Origin: Terriglobia bacterium
GTDB lineage: Bacteria > Acidobacteriota > Terriglobia > JAJPHL01 > JAPKYU01
Direction of reading: 5' to 3'
Assembly: GCA_965206645.1 (NCBI GenBank)
Contig: CBDBKE010000002.1
Coordinates: 544,001-608,000 of the forward strand
DNA: 64,000 bases
Every line of letters starts with the position of its first letter. Position 1 is the first letter of the stretch. The notes beneath the pieces are model-generated. The model searched no databases and was not told the DNA's origin. It saw nothing but the letters and a program-made list of their open reading frames with translations. Positions 50,656 to 61,238 of this stretch are shown here, one piece after another. The translations under genes were made by a program, and so were the position numbers.

Positions 50656-53259
50656 TTAGTTTGACGCCTTGGCGGATTTCTCCACAGGACGGTCCAGCCT
50701 GACGGGTAAGGGCGATCCCAACGTGTCGCCGTTGGGCTCAAAACCGCCTCCATCGACGTCCACGTAGATGGGATTACTCACGGCCAAGGGGGCCGCCTTG
50801 CCGCGCTCGGGCCCCATTACAGGGCCGAGTTCGGAGTTCTCGCCAACGGCAACGACAATCAAGTGGGCATCGCTTTTTAGCTCGACCGGGATCTTGTAGT
50901 CGAACTTCACCACATCGTCCGAAAAAAGTGCGGGGTTGTTTACACGAGTGTGGTTCAGCAGGGGATCCGGCTGTCCGTTGATGAGTATCTGTACCCGGTC
51001 AACGTCAAACCAGTTGGGGCACTGCACGCGCACGTGGAGGGTGAGCTTGCCTCCAGGCGCCCGTATGTCGTCGCCGGCCGTGCCGCTGCCTTTAGGACCC
51101 TCCCCTGCTGCTCTTGCGTGGACTTCCAAAAACGGCCCATTGGTCATGATGAGATTACCCCGCTCAGCAGCGTGAACAATATCCAGGGTCTTGATCTGGG
51201 CAGGATCATCGGTAGGGGAGCGGAGATAGTTGCGCAGCCAGCCCGAGCCATGAAAGTTGTAGTGAGCGTCCGTGTTGACCACGCCGGGAATCCGGTAGCC
51301 TTGATTCAGCAACTGGAGCCAGTTAAAGATGCGATGGTTACGCACCGTAGTTTTTTGCCGGTAGGTGTACAGGTAGGTAACCTGAAAAGGGATGATGTTT
51401 TCCAGCGGGTGCACTTCGATTACGTCCATATAACCAAACATTTTCTTGAAGCCACCGTCCGGTTGGCCATCGCCATCTTTGTCAAAAAAGAGCTGCCCGA
51501 TATCTGGGTGATTTCCTTGAACCAACTTTTCACTGCCGCTGTCCCAAAGGGCCAAGCGCTCGATTTGCACCGGGGGATCTTCGTGGGGGAGGGGGCCACC
51601 CCAATCCTGGGTGTGAGGTTTCACAATCAGAGGAAAGGCGTTCTGGTGATTCACTTGACTGAGAGTTCTGGTCGGCTCGGTAAGTTCTATTCCTGTCGCC
51701 GTTGCTATCGCCTGCTCGATGCCAAGCCTCTTCAGGTGGGGCACGTAGGTGGAAAGCCGATTATGCTCGGTGCACGGCGCAAACTCCAGGTGCTCAGCCA
51801 CTAAGTTCAGGACCCGGCCAAACTGACTGCCAGTATTATCTCCCGAGGGGCTGGAGTGACTGTGGAAGTCGGCGCTAACCCAACCAGTTGTATTGACCAC
51901 GCGCTTCAGGGTAGCCCGCAGGGGCACCTCCTGGCCTGGCCCAACTTCCAGTCGCGTGAAGACGGCCTCGTATTCGGGTCCGTGGCTGATGATGACTTGG
52001 TAGGTGCCCGGGGGCAGAATCTGCGTGAATCGACCATCGTGGCTGTAGTAAAGGTTATGCACCGCGTGCTCCCCGCTATCGGGGCCAAAGTGGGGCGATT
52101 CTGTCCCTTCTATGCCAAGGAACTGGACCTTGCAGGCGATGGGATTTCCCTCCACGTCACTGACTCGCGTTACCACCCGCGAGGCAATGGGGAATTCGAC
52201 GCTCAGCTCTTTTCTTGAACCTGTCACTTGGAAAGAAACTTCTCGGCTGCCTCGTCCCAGAGCCGACACTTTGGCCCGAAATTTCCCGGGCGGAAGGGGG
52301 AATGCCACCCGGCCGCGCTCGGAGGTCCGAGCGTTTCCGTAGGGCCTCCCACCTAAGAGGAGAGCTACATCGGCATCGGCCACCGGCTGTCCGCCAGCGT
52401 CGGTCACGTTCAAACTGACGGGGAAGAGAGACTCGCCGTCAATCAGCCGGGCTTGTGATTTCACACCTACAAGGTTTGCTTTTGGAAAAAGGCGGCGTGA
52501 GAGCACATACTTTTGCCCTGGTCCTAGCTTCACCGTTTCCTGACCGTCCTTCAAATAGTGCAGGGCTGTAGCTCGGTTATACTCGTCTCCCTGGCTCTGG
52601 ATCGTGTGGTCCTCGGCCAGAATTCCATAGGCCTGTCCGAACCATTTGTCATAAACCCAGAAGAGCTTCGACTCGCCGTCGCGGGTCTTTTCGAAGGTGT
52701 TGTCCGCTCGCACTTCATCCACTAAAGAAATCATCAGCGGGCTTTTCCAGGGATTACGGTAAATCGAAGTGACACGGAGATAGGGCTCACCATCTTTCAG
52801 AGAATAGATCAGCTCTATTTCGGGGTGGCCTTCCCGGGCCGGGCTGATGCACCGCAGTTCGACAGATGGGCCTTCAATTAACGCCTTCCCGGGCTCCTCC
52901 TTAACATCCGGGTCCAGCACATTCAGCCCCTGAAGCTGTAGCGGGTACTGCCGGGCGCCGGGATAGAAGGCGCTGAGTTGATCGTTCAGCCGGTGACGCT
53001 CAGTTAAGTCGATGACGGCTCCTCCCACCTGCTTCACCGTCGTGTTCGCGTTGCGGCCCTTGACGGGTTTTGCCACCACGGCTACCAGCCGCTCATTCCG
53101 CAGTACGAAGTCGCCATAAATGGAGTCCACTTCCTTCCCCTGAGGTGCATACTCCTCCCAGGTTTCTGCTGTAAGCACGGCCAGCTCGCTCGCGTTCACG
53201 AACCCTGGCATTGCACCTATTGCAAAAAGAAAACAAAAAAAGTAAACGCTCGATCTCAT
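50656..53259 (-). CDS. Secreted PHP-like (CehA/McbA-type) metallohydrolase with beta-sandwich domains
   Basis: Signal peptide; ADFHSHS, TEHN, NHP, NTDAH, TNGP. Confidence 0.8.
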   Translation of the reverse strand: MRSSVYFFCFLFAIGAMPGFVNASELAVLTAETWEEYAPQGKEVDSIYGDFVLRNERLVAVVAKPVKGRNANTTVKQVGGAVIDLTERHRLNDQLSAFYPGARQYPLQLQGLNVLDPDVKEEPGKALIEGPSVELRCISPAREGHPEIELIYSLKDGEPYLRVTSIYRNPWKSPLMISLVDEVRADNTFEKTRDGESKLFWVYDKWFGQAYGILAEDHTIQSQGDEYNRATALHYLKDGQETVKLGPGQKYVLSRRLFPKANLVGVKSQARLIDGESLFPVSLNVTDAGGQPVADADVALLLGGRPYGNARTSERGRVAFPLPPGKFRAKVSALGRGSREVSFQVTGSRKELSVEFPIASRVVTRVSDVEGNPIACKVQFLGIEGTESPHFGPDSGEHAVHNLYYSHDGRFTQILPPGTYQVIISHGPEYEAVFTRLEVGPGQEVPLRATLKRVVNTTGWVSADFHSHSSPSGDNTGSQFGRVLNLVAEHLEFAPCTEHNRLSTYVPHLKRLGIEQAIATATGIELTEPTRTLSQVNHQNAFPLIVKPHTQDWGGPLPHEDPPVQIERLALWDSGSEKLVQGNHPDIGQLFFDKDGDGQPDGGFKKMFGYMDVIEVHPLENIIPFQVTYLYTYRQKTTVRNHRIFNWLQLLNQGYRIPGVVNTDAHYNFHGSGWLRNYLRSPTDDPAQIKTLDIVHAAERGNLIMTNGPFLEVHARAAGEGPKGSGTAGDDIRAPGGKLTLHVRVQCPNWFDVDRVQILINGQPDPLLNHTRVNNPALFSDDVVKFDYKIPVELKSDAHLIVVAVGENSELGPVMGPERGKAAPLAVSNPIYVDVDGGGFEPNGDTLGSPLPVRLDRPVEKSAKASN

Positions 53260-53607
53260 AGGAAGACCCCCTTCCCCCTTATTATCTTATCTCCGGCTTC
53301 GTCTTCGCCGAAATCTCCGATTTTAAGCTTGCCCTTCGCCCAGGAGCATACGCCAGCCACCCTGTCAGCTCAAGCCCACAACGCCACGGCCGCTCTTGGT
53401 TGGTTTCGCTGCAATCTAGCTGCTCAGAAGTCGTCCAGGAGGGACAAGTTTTAGCGGTGAGGCAGGTTCGAGGGCCATCGCTAAAGATCATCGATTTTCA
53501 AGACCCTCGTGATAATAACATTACGTAGTCAAGCTGCTTCCCTGAGGACCGGGAGGGTGCTGTTGGCCAACTCATTTTTTCCGACGTAACTACTCAAGAA
53601 ATGTCGA

Positions 53608-55119
53608 ATGAGGACGAAGATGGATTTCTCGAGACGTAGATTGCTTTTCTCCGCGCTGGCTTTGGCTGCCACGCATCATGGGGCGCAAGCCGCGAAAGCT
53701 CATTCCCACCGTCGGCCGAACATTTTCTATGCCACTGCAGACGATTGGTCACACGGCCACGCCGGCGCCTATGGCTCGAAGTGGGTTAAGACGCCGGTTT
53801 TCGACCGGATCACGCGAGAAGGGGCTCTGTTTAACAACTGCTTTACGTCAAATCCCAAGTGCAGTCCGTGTCGCGCAAGTATCCTAACAGGCCGGAACAC
53901 GTGGCAGTTGGAAGAAGCCGTGAACCACTGGGGGGTCTTCCCGTCCAAGTTTGCGGTCTACCCCGACCTACTCGAGGAAGCCGGATATCTGATCGGATAC
54001 ACCGGCAAGGGATGGGGTCCCGGAGACTATCGAGCGGGTGGCTTCAAGCGAAATCCCGCTGGCCCTGAATATGCGAAGTACAGCCTGAAAGCTCCCTTCC
54101 TATCCATGTCGTCGAAAGACTACGCGCGCAACTTCGAATACTTCCTTGAGCACCGCAGGCCCGGCCAACCCTTCTGCTTCTGGTTCGGACCCACTGAGCC
54201 GCACCGCGACTACGAGTACGGCTCGGGTGTGCGCAGCGGTAAGGACCCAAAGGAAGTACCCCTGCCGGCTTACTACCCGGACCACCCCACCATTCGGCGT
54301 GACATGCTTGATTATGCGATTGCAGTGGAATGGTTCGACACGCAGCTTGGGAGGATCATCAGGAAGCTTGAAGAGATCGGGGAATTGGACAACACCTTCA
54401 TCCTCGTGACGTCAGACCACGGGATGCCCTTCCCGCGCGTCAAGGGTCAGATCTACGAGCACGGCTTCCACCTGCCTCTTGCTGTTCGGTGGGGAGGGAT
54501 CAAAGGAGGCCTCGTCATTGACGACTTTATCAACGCTCGTGACTTTGCACCAACCTTTCTGGAGTTAGCGGGCATCAAGCCTCACCCGCAGATGACAGGC
54601 CACAGCTTCCTCGAGATCCTCACGCAAGGCAAGTCGGGTCTCATTGACTCAAGCCGCACGCGGGTGCTGGCGGGCAAGGAACGTCACGATCTGGGGCGTC
54701 CCAACGATTGGGGATATCCGGTGCGAGCGTTGCGGACGCCGGAGTACCTGTACATTCACAATTATGAGCCGGACCGCTGGCCGGCGGGTAATCCCGAGAC
54801 CGGCCACCAAAACTGCGACGGCAGCCCAACGAAATCCGTTCTCCTAGAGAACTTCGACAAGTTTTACGCGTTGTCGTTCGGCAAGCGGCCCGCCGAGGAG
54901 CTTTACCGTATTGGGCACGATCCTGATTGTGTTCACAACCTGGCGGCTGATCCCATGTACGCGGAAACAAAGCGAAAGCTCCGTGCTGAAATGGAGCAGA
55001 TGCTCCGCGACGAAGGGGACCCGCGCGTGCTCGGCAACGCCGCCGTTTTCGATACCTACAAGTGGACCGGGCCGCGAGGTCAGGCTTACGACAACTGGCT
55101 GAAAAATCAGAAGCTGTAG
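53608..55119 (+). CDS. Sulfatase (formylglycine-dependent, Tat-exported)
   Basis: SRRRLL, PNIFYATADD, CSPCRASILTGR, TSDHG. Confidence 0.92.
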   Translation: MRTKMDFSRRRLLFSALALAATHHGAQAAKAHSHRRPNIFYATADDWSHGHAGAYGSKWVKTPVFDRITREGALFNNCFTSNPKCSPCRASILTGRNTWQLEEAVNHWGVFPSKFAVYPDLLEEAGYLIGYTGKGWGPGDYRAGGFKRNPAGPEYAKYSLKAPFLSMSSKDYARNFEYFLEHRRPGQPFCFWFGPTEPHRDYEYGSGVRSGKDPKEVPLPAYYPDHPTIRRDMLDYAIAVEWFDTQLGRIIRKLEEIGELDNTFILVTSDHGMPFPRVKGQIYEHGFHLPLAVRWGGIKGGLVIDDFINARDFAPTFLELAGIKPHPQMTGHSFLEILTQGKSGLIDSSRTRVLAGKERHDLGRPNDWGYPVRALRTPEYLYIHNYEPDRWPAGNPETGHQNCDGSPTKSVLLENFDKFYALSFGKRPAEELYRIGHDPDCVHNLAADPMYAETKRKLRAEMEQMLRDEGDPRVLGNAAVFDTYKWTGPRGQAYDNWLKNQKL

Positions 55120-55148
55120 TAGTTTAAACCAAGTGAGGAGTGAGACCC

Positions 55149-55523
55149 ATGAGTAATGCACCTGCAAACGTGAGCGAGTATGACGTGATCGCCAAGGTCG
55201 TCCAGCACTACATCGATGGCGCCAGATCCAGCAAAGGCGACGACATGAAGCCCGCCTTCCACGAGGACGCGACGATCTTCGGTTATGCCGGTGCCGACTT
55301 GTTCGCCGGCCCTATCCAGCGGCTTTTTGACTGGGTTGACAAGAACGATCCAGCGACGGGGCTCCAAGCACGGATCGCCAGCATCGACCTCATTAACACG
55401 GTCGCAACCGTGCGGCTTGAACTCGACAACTGGAACGGCAGCCGGTACACCGACTTGTTCACGTTGCTAAAAGTCGACGGGGAGTGGAAGATCATGAACA
55501 AGGTCTTCCATCTGCACCCCTGA
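55149..55523 (+). CDS. NTF2-like (putative lumazine-binding) protein
   Basis: YIDG, AFHEDA, YTDLFTLLKVDGEWKIMNKVF. Confidence 0.85.
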   Translation: MSNAPANVSEYDVIAKVVQHYIDGARSSKGDDMKPAFHEDATIFGYAGADLFAGPIQRLFDWVDKNDPATGLQARIASIDLINTVATVRLELDNWNGSRYTDLFTLLKVDGEWKIMNKVFHLHP

Positions 55524-55665
55524 GGGAGTAGCGAGCGAGGCATAGGAAGGACCGTTTGAAGAACTGGTGATCGCTGCCTCGGGACCCCGAACGCCGGCGG
55601 CCAGGGTGGGATTGCGCCGTTCACGGACCTGATTTCACACTTCGAAAATTAGACATTTCAACTCA

Positions 55666-56658
55666 CTATTTTCGAGCAGGCGGCAAAAACTCCTTTCGCA
55701 TTTTCGCTACCACAGTGAAGTGCGGGTCCACAACATTAGCAATGTCGTACTCCAGCACATGACCCATGAGTAGCGAAGAACCACGCTCGCTGAAGCCATA
55801 GTCGGTCATCAGCCACCGCTGCAGCTCGGTAGTAGCATGCTGCAGGGCCTGGAGCAGAGGCCTGGCGCTGCCCAGCACCATGATGTATTCATCGTTCTCC
55901 AGCCTCGGCCAATTGATTTTCTTGTCCTTGATGAGATCAACGGAAAATTCCACATCCATCGAAATTTCAAGGGCGTTGCCGACAACCTCCCCATCCCCTT
56001 GCCTGGCGTGGCCGTCGCCGACAAACAGCAGAGCTCCCGGCTCGCTCACGGGAAGCATGAGCTTGGTCCCAGCCACCATCCCGTTGTAATCCATATTGCC
56101 ACCAAATGAGTCTGGCGTGCTGGTCGCAACCGCCTCCTTCCTAGGCGGTGCTACGCCAACGCAACCCAGCATGGGACGCAGCGGAACCTCGATTCCTTGC
56201 GGCCACATGGACTCAGAAGTTGGACGAGCAACCCGACGCCCTCTATCCACGCGCCAGGTCTCGGTGCTGCGCTTCCGCTCAGCCTTCAGTCGAAGGAAAG
56301 TCGGGTCAGCAGTGTAAGGTGCAAGCAGAGTGCTCGACCATGCTGTGGAACGGTTTGGCTCAATCTTTTCCAGCCGGATGACCAACGCGTCGCCGGGTTC
56401 AGCCCCTTCGATATAGAACGGACCGGTTTGCGGGTTGGGCGGCTCACCGACTTTGTTGTTTTGGGCATCATGGCCTCGTGCGTCAATAGTCGCGGTAATG
56501 ACGCGGTCACCGGGCTTGACACGTAATACCGGCTCATGGGCAAATGAGAAGGTGTTGTAGTACCGGACTGGCTTAAACCGGTGGGTCTCTGCAAGCATCG
56601 TACGACAAATGAGCAACAAACTTGCTACACACACGACACAGGTTGAGACGCGTCTCAT
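55666..56658 (-). CDS. Acetamidase/formamidase family protein with signal peptide
   Basis: TGPFYIEGAEPGD, GGNMD, VGDGHARQGDGE. Confidence 0.88.
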   Translation of the reverse strand: MRRVSTCVVCVASLLLICRTMLAETHRFKPVRYYNTFSFAHEPVLRVKPGDRVITATIDARGHDAQNNKVGEPPNPQTGPFYIEGAEPGDALVIRLEKIEPNRSTAWSSTLLAPYTADPTFLRLKAERKRSTETWRVDRGRRVARPTSESMWPQGIEVPLRPMLGCVGVAPPRKEAVATSTPDSFGGNMDYNGMVAGTKLMLPVSEPGALLFVGDGHARQGDGEVVGNALEISMDVEFSVDLIKDKKINWPRLENDEYIMVLGSARPLLQALQHATTELQRWLMTDYGFSERGSSLLMGHVLEYDIANVVDPHFTVVAKMRKEFLPPARK

Positions 56659-56933
56659 CGTTGTCCTCCGTTGACTAATCTTATCGCATGGCCCGGCGGT
56701 TGGCACCCCACTTGAGGCACAATTTCGCTACATGCGGACCAGTTTGCTGGCAGACACGGGACGCTTAGGTAGAGCCTGCCCGCTTTTTTCTGAATCCCGA
56801 ATTTCACGGAGTGAAGGTAAGATTGGGGCCACATCACTTCCAGGCATTTCACCTGGCGGTGATTCCGCTCAAGCTGGCTGGTCGCGAGGCCTCGCAGATT
56901 CGCGCCATTGCCTGGGCGCTATAAGGAGTTTTT

Positions 56934-57980
56934 ATGCCGAATATTCAACCGTTGCAACTTCGGGAAATCGCCAGAGAGCTTCTGGAAGCTGCCAGCGCCA
57001 CCGCGCGGGAGGCGCGCATCGTAGGCGACGCCCTTGTGGAGGCCAATCTGGAGGGGCACGACTCGCACGGGGTGGTGCGCATTCCCGAATACGTCGAACG
57101 GATGGAGCAGAAGCTGATCCACGTCGGGGCGCAAATGCAGGTGGTCCACGAAACGGAAGCCTTCGCGGTGATTGACGGGAACTGGGGTTGGGGGCAGGTG
57201 GTGGGGATCGAAGCCATGGACGTGGCCATCCAAAAGGCTTCCAGAGTTGGAGTTGGCGTCGTCGCCGTGCGGCAGTGCAACCACCTGGGGAGGGGCGGTG
57301 ACTACCCGCGCCTGGCGGCCCAGCGCGGGATGGCCGGCCTCTTGTTCATGAATACCCATGGCGCCGGTCAGATTGTGGCGCCCTGGGGTGGCCGGGCGCG
57401 GCGGCTTTCGGCCAACCCCATTGCGATGGCGATACCCCGACCGCCTCAGGAACCTCTGGTCATGGATATCTCCACCTGCGCGATTGCCGGCGGCAAGGTC
57501 ACCGTGGCACTCCACGGCAAGAAACAAGTTCCCCCCAATTGCATTGTTGATGCGGAGGGGCAGCCGACGACCAACCCCGCCGATTTCTTCGGTCCGCCTG
57601 AGGGCGCCTTGCTCCCCTTCGGCGGGCACAAGGGCTTCGCCCTGGGGTTGCTCAGTGACATTCTTGCTGGAGCCTTCTCCGGTGCCGGTTGCTGCGGTCC
57701 CACCGCCACGCGTATCGGCAATAGCTTCCTGGCGGTGGTTCTTGACATTCAGCAATTTCGCGATCGGAAGATCTTTGACGCCGACGTTGAGCAACTGGTG
57801 GAATACGTCAAGAGCAGCCCGCTGATGCCAGGATTTACCGAAATTCTTGTCCCCGGCGAGCCCGAGCGTAGAGAGCGAGTGCGCCGGGAAAGGGACGGGA
57901 TCCCGGTGGCGGATGAGACGTGGAGGCAGATCTCCGAGACGGCACAGCGCTATGGTGTACAGGCTGGCAACCGGTCCTAG
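56934..57980 (+). CDS. Ldh_2 (malate/L-sulfolactate dehydrogenase-like) oxidoreductase
   Basis: GHDSHGV, NHLGR, NPIA, PFGGHKG, PGEPE. Confidence 0.9.
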   Translation: MPNIQPLQLREIARELLEAASATAREARIVGDALVEANLEGHDSHGVVRIPEYVERMEQKLIHVGAQMQVVHETEAFAVIDGNWGWGQVVGIEAMDVAIQKASRVGVGVVAVRQCNHLGRGGDYPRLAAQRGMAGLLFMNTHGAGQIVAPWGGRARRLSANPIAMAIPRPPQEPLVMDISTCAIAGGKVTVALHGKKQVPPNCIVDAEGQPTTNPADFFGPPEGALLPFGGHKGFALGLLSDILAGAFSGAGCCGPTATRIGNSFLAVVLDIQQFRDRKIFDADVEQLVEYVKSSPLMPGFTEILVPGEPERRERVRRERDGIPVADETWRQISETAQRYGVQAGNRS

Positions 57981-58022
57981 CGGGTTTAGCGGCCAAGTCG
58001 TTAAGCTTCAAGGAGCATTGGT

Positions 58023-59168
58023 ATGAACGCTTTGGTCCTTGAAGAAGTTGGGAAATTTCAGCTTCGCGAGATTCCCAAACCTGTTCCTGGGGACCGTGAT
58101 GTGCTCATTCGAGTGGGTGCGGTCGGGATTTGCGGAACGGACCTGCACATCTTTCAGGGGCTGCTCAACCTCAGCCGCGACTCGCGCGGCCAGCCGATCC
58201 CGTTGGGGGAGAAGCCGCAAATCCTGGGGCACGAATTCTGCGGAACTGTGGAGGCCGCCGGTGGGAAGGTGAAAAAAGTCAAGCCCGGCGACAGAGTGGT
58301 GGTGGACCAGGTCCTGAACTGCGCCAGCCAGGGCCGGTCGCAGCTCTGTGAATTTTGTGAGACTGGGGATTCCCACCAATGCGAGTTCAGCCAGGAGTTG
58401 GGCGTCACCGGGGTGCCGGGCGCGCTGAGCGACCACGTCAGCGTTCCGGAGGCAAATGTCGTGTTGCTGCCCCCGACCATGCCCGATTTTCAGGGCGCTA
58501 TCATCGAACCTCTGGGGTGCGTGCTTCACGCCAGCGACCGGATGGAAGCGGCTCACAACCGCTATTCGTTCGAGGGGCAGCGTCGGATTCGGTACGTCGT
58601 GATCTTGGGTGCCGGACCGAGCGGGTTGCTGTTCCTTCAGTATTTACGCAAGATCAGGAATTTCGACGGCGAGATCTTTGTCGCAGATATGCGGGCAAGC
58701 AAACTGCAACTGGCCGAGAAGCTGGGCGGCACGCCTCTCGATGTACGGAAGACGGATCTGGCCTTTGAGATCCAGCAGCGCACCCATGGCCAGGGGGCGC
58801 AGTATCTGATCGAGGCGTCCGGGGTCGGAGAAGTCTTTGACTGTATTCCCTTGATTCTCCGACGGCAGGGGACCTTGCTGCTCTACGGGGCTGGCCACTC
58901 CGGCCGAGATATTGGATGCCTGACGCCTCTCCAGGTCATGGAGCATGTCCTGGTCACGACGGCCGGCGCCTCCGGCGGGTTCGATGCCGACGGAACCCCA
59001 ACGATTTACCGGAGGGCCATGGAGTACATCCGCGACGGCAAGATTGACGCGGAAAGCCTAATCAGCCATCGTTACCGACATTTGTCCCAGATGCAGCGGG
59101 CGTTTAGCGAAGACTCCAAGCAGCAGAACTATATCAAGGGCATGCTGCTGCGCGGCGGAACCTCGTAG
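58023..59168 (+). CDS. Zn-dependent alcohol/polyol dehydrogenase (MDR)
   Basis: GICGTD, GHEF, four structural Cys, IEPL, GAGPSG. Confidence 0.9.
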   Translation: MNALVLEEVGKFQLREIPKPVPGDRDVLIRVGAVGICGTDLHIFQGLLNLSRDSRGQPIPLGEKPQILGHEFCGTVEAAGGKVKKVKPGDRVVVDQVLNCASQGRSQLCEFCETGDSHQCEFSQELGVTGVPGALSDHVSVPEANVVLLPPTMPDFQGAIIEPLGCVLHASDRMEAAHNRYSFEGQRRIRYVVILGAGPSGLLFLQYLRKIRNFDGEIFVADMRASKLQLAEKLGGTPLDVRKTDLAFEIQQRTHGQGAQYLIEASGVGEVFDCIPLILRRQGTLLLYGAGHSGRDIGCLTPLQVMEHVLVTTAGASGGFDADGTPTIYRRAMEYIRDGKIDAESLISHRYRHLSQMQRAFSEDSKQQNYIKGMLLRGGTS

Positions 59169-59305
59169 CCGCGCCCCAAGAGCAGCCGGGCAAGGTGCAA
59201 GCCATCCGGCTTTCGAGATCAAGCTTTCGAGTTCAAGCGGGCGCCGGCGGTTGAGCGCTCTTTCCTCAGCGGATCATGTTCGTTTGATCGAAGAAAGGGA
59301 GTCGT

Positions 59306-60406
59306 ATGGATAGGGAAAAGCGAGAATCAGAAAATATAGATTTAGATTTGACCGGCACCATAGGCCCGAAGCCTCGCGCCGACTATGGCATCGCCATTGT
59401 GGGTGCAGGCAAAATTGTGCGCTATGCCCACCTGCCGGTTTACCGCAACTGGAACTTAAGAGTCGTGGGAATTATGGATGTCGATCAGGAGCAAGCAAAG
59501 GCAGTGGCAAGAGACTTCCAGTTGCCTAAGGTGTATCCCGACCTTTCGGCTCTGCTCTCCGACGACAGCGTGCAGATCGTGGACATCGCCGTGCCGGCGC
59601 GCTTCCAGCCGGAGATCGCCTGCCGGGCTCTGGAATCGGGCCGTCACCTGCAGTGCCAAAAGCCGTTCGCAGAACGGTACGCTGACGCACGAAAGGTCGT
59701 TGAACTGGCCGCGGCCCGAGGGCTGAAGGTGGCCGTCAACCAGCAGATGCGCTGGACACCCTCTATGCGGGCGGTGAAGGAATTGATGCGCCGGGGCTGG
59801 CTCGGCGAGCCGCTCCGCGCCGAGTTCGAGATCAACCTTTGGGAAGGTCTGGGCGGTTGGGCTGTGGAGCTTGATCCCTTCGACTTGCTCTACTACTCGA
59901 TCCACTTTTACGACGTGATTCGCTTTCTCTACGGGGAGCCTGAGTGGGTCTACTCCATTTGCGGAAAATGGCCGGGACAGGCCTTGAAGGGGGAAACGCG
60001 GACCAACACCTTGCTGGAGTACCCCTCCGGGCTGCAGCTGCTGCACCGCACCAACCACAATAACCATGCCGGTGACACTTATGCCCGGTTTCGCGTGGAG
60101 GGAAGCGAAGGCGTGGCCAAAGGAGACTTCGGCATCCACTACGGGTATCCCCACGGCCGTACCGACGAGTTCTCTTTTATCACCCGGCAGTACCTGCCCT
60201 CGTGCTGGCTGGATGTCCGATTCCAGGACAAGTGGATGCCGGACGCCTTTGCCGGGCCGATGCTGTCGCTGATGGAAGCTATCGCCACGGGCTCGGAGCC
60301 GGCCACCTCGGGGCGGGACAATCTCAACAGCTTGCGGCTGGCCTTCGCTGTGCGCCGCTCGCAAGAACTTCACCAACCCGTTCGGCCCGCAGAGGTGAAC
60401 CTCTAG
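59306..60406 (+). CDS. Gfo/Idh/MocA oxidoreductase
   Basis: VGAGKI, CQKPFA, VNQQMRW, IHFYD. Confidence 0.88.
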   Translation: MDREKRESENIDLDLTGTIGPKPRADYGIAIVGAGKIVRYAHLPVYRNWNLRVVGIMDVDQEQAKAVARDFQLPKVYPDLSALLSDDSVQIVDIAVPARFQPEIACRALESGRHLQCQKPFAERYADARKVVELAAARGLKVAVNQQMRWTPSMRAVKELMRRGWLGEPLRAEFEINLWEGLGGWAVELDPFDLLYYSIHFYDVIRFLYGEPEWVYSICGKWPGQALKGETRTNTLLEYPSGLQLLHRTNHNNHAGDTYARFRVEGSEGVAKGDFGIHYGYPHGRTDEFSFITRQYLPSCWLDVRFQDKWMPDAFAGPMLSLMEAIATGSEPATSGRDNLNSLRLAFAVRRSQELHQPVRPAEVNL

Positions 60407-60529
60407 GAAGAGTGAGACTTCCCGGCTTCCTCCGAGGCTGGCGACGCCTGGCGGCGCGGGGATATTGACCGGACCTTCCGAGAAGGCCTATAGTTGTCTG
60501 GAGCACGCTTCCCGCGGCGTGTAACGGTC

Positions 60530-61141
60530 ATGATGATCCTGTACGAAGCCTCGATGCGCTGCCGCTACTGCGGCTCCCGTGTGGTGCACAAGCTTCTCTC
60601 GGACGAGGTGCTGGCCCTCAGGCAGAATCAGCTACCCAAGCGCAACTGCAACTATTGCGTGGGTTTGACCGAGTGGGAATTGTTGGATTGGAAGGGAACT
60701 CCCCCTCCGTCCGAAGCGGAGCCCGAGGTCGGGGTAACTCAGCCCGCTGTCCCGCGCCCTCACGACCGCATCCTGATCATTGATGACGATGATCTGACGC
60801 ACATCCTCCTGCGCAAGGTACTCGAAGCAGAGGACTGCACGCTGGAGGTCGCCAGCGACGGGAAGGAGGGCCTGCAAAAACTGGTTGAGGAACATTACTC
60901 TCTAGTGATTTGCGACATCCACATGCCCGGCCTGGACGGCAAGCAGGTATTCCGCTTCATTGACGAGCAGGCGCTGGGTAGCAAGCGCCAGATTATTTTT
61001 ATCACTGGAGACACCGGCGCCGAGACCCGCGAGTTCCTAAAGAGTACAGGTTGCCCCTACCTGTACAAACCTATCCAGGTTTTACAATTCTCTTCGATGG
61101 TCCAGGAAATACTGGATGCCAATCGCGCCCCTCTGGACTAA
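60530..61141 (+). CDS. Response regulator receiver protein with N-terminal CxxC..CxxC domain
   Basis: ILIIDDD, CDIHMPGLDG, FITG, YKP; upstream TTGACC-18-TATAGT. Confidence 0.82.
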   Translation: MMILYEASMRCRYCGSRVVHKLLSDEVLALRQNQLPKRNCNYCVGLTEWELLDWKGTPPPSEAEPEVGVTQPAVPRPHDRILIIDDDDLTHILLRKVLEAEDCTLEVASDGKEGLQKLVEEHYSLVICDIHMPGLDGKQVFRFIDEQALGSKRQIIFITGDTGAETREFLKSTGCPYLYKPIQVLQFSSMVQEILDANRAPLD

Positions 61142-61238
61142 TCCACCGCAGAGCCATTCCGGAGGAGGCCTTCCGTTGGCGCACAATGCCCGGTGCCACC
61201 CGGGCACCTAGCGCCGGAACCTCAGAGCCGACCATCGT

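Noticed and set aside
55628-55665. Possible IS terminal remnant (gaaatgtctaattttcgaagtg on the minus strand)
   Set aside because: Only a vague resemblance; no partner end or transposase.
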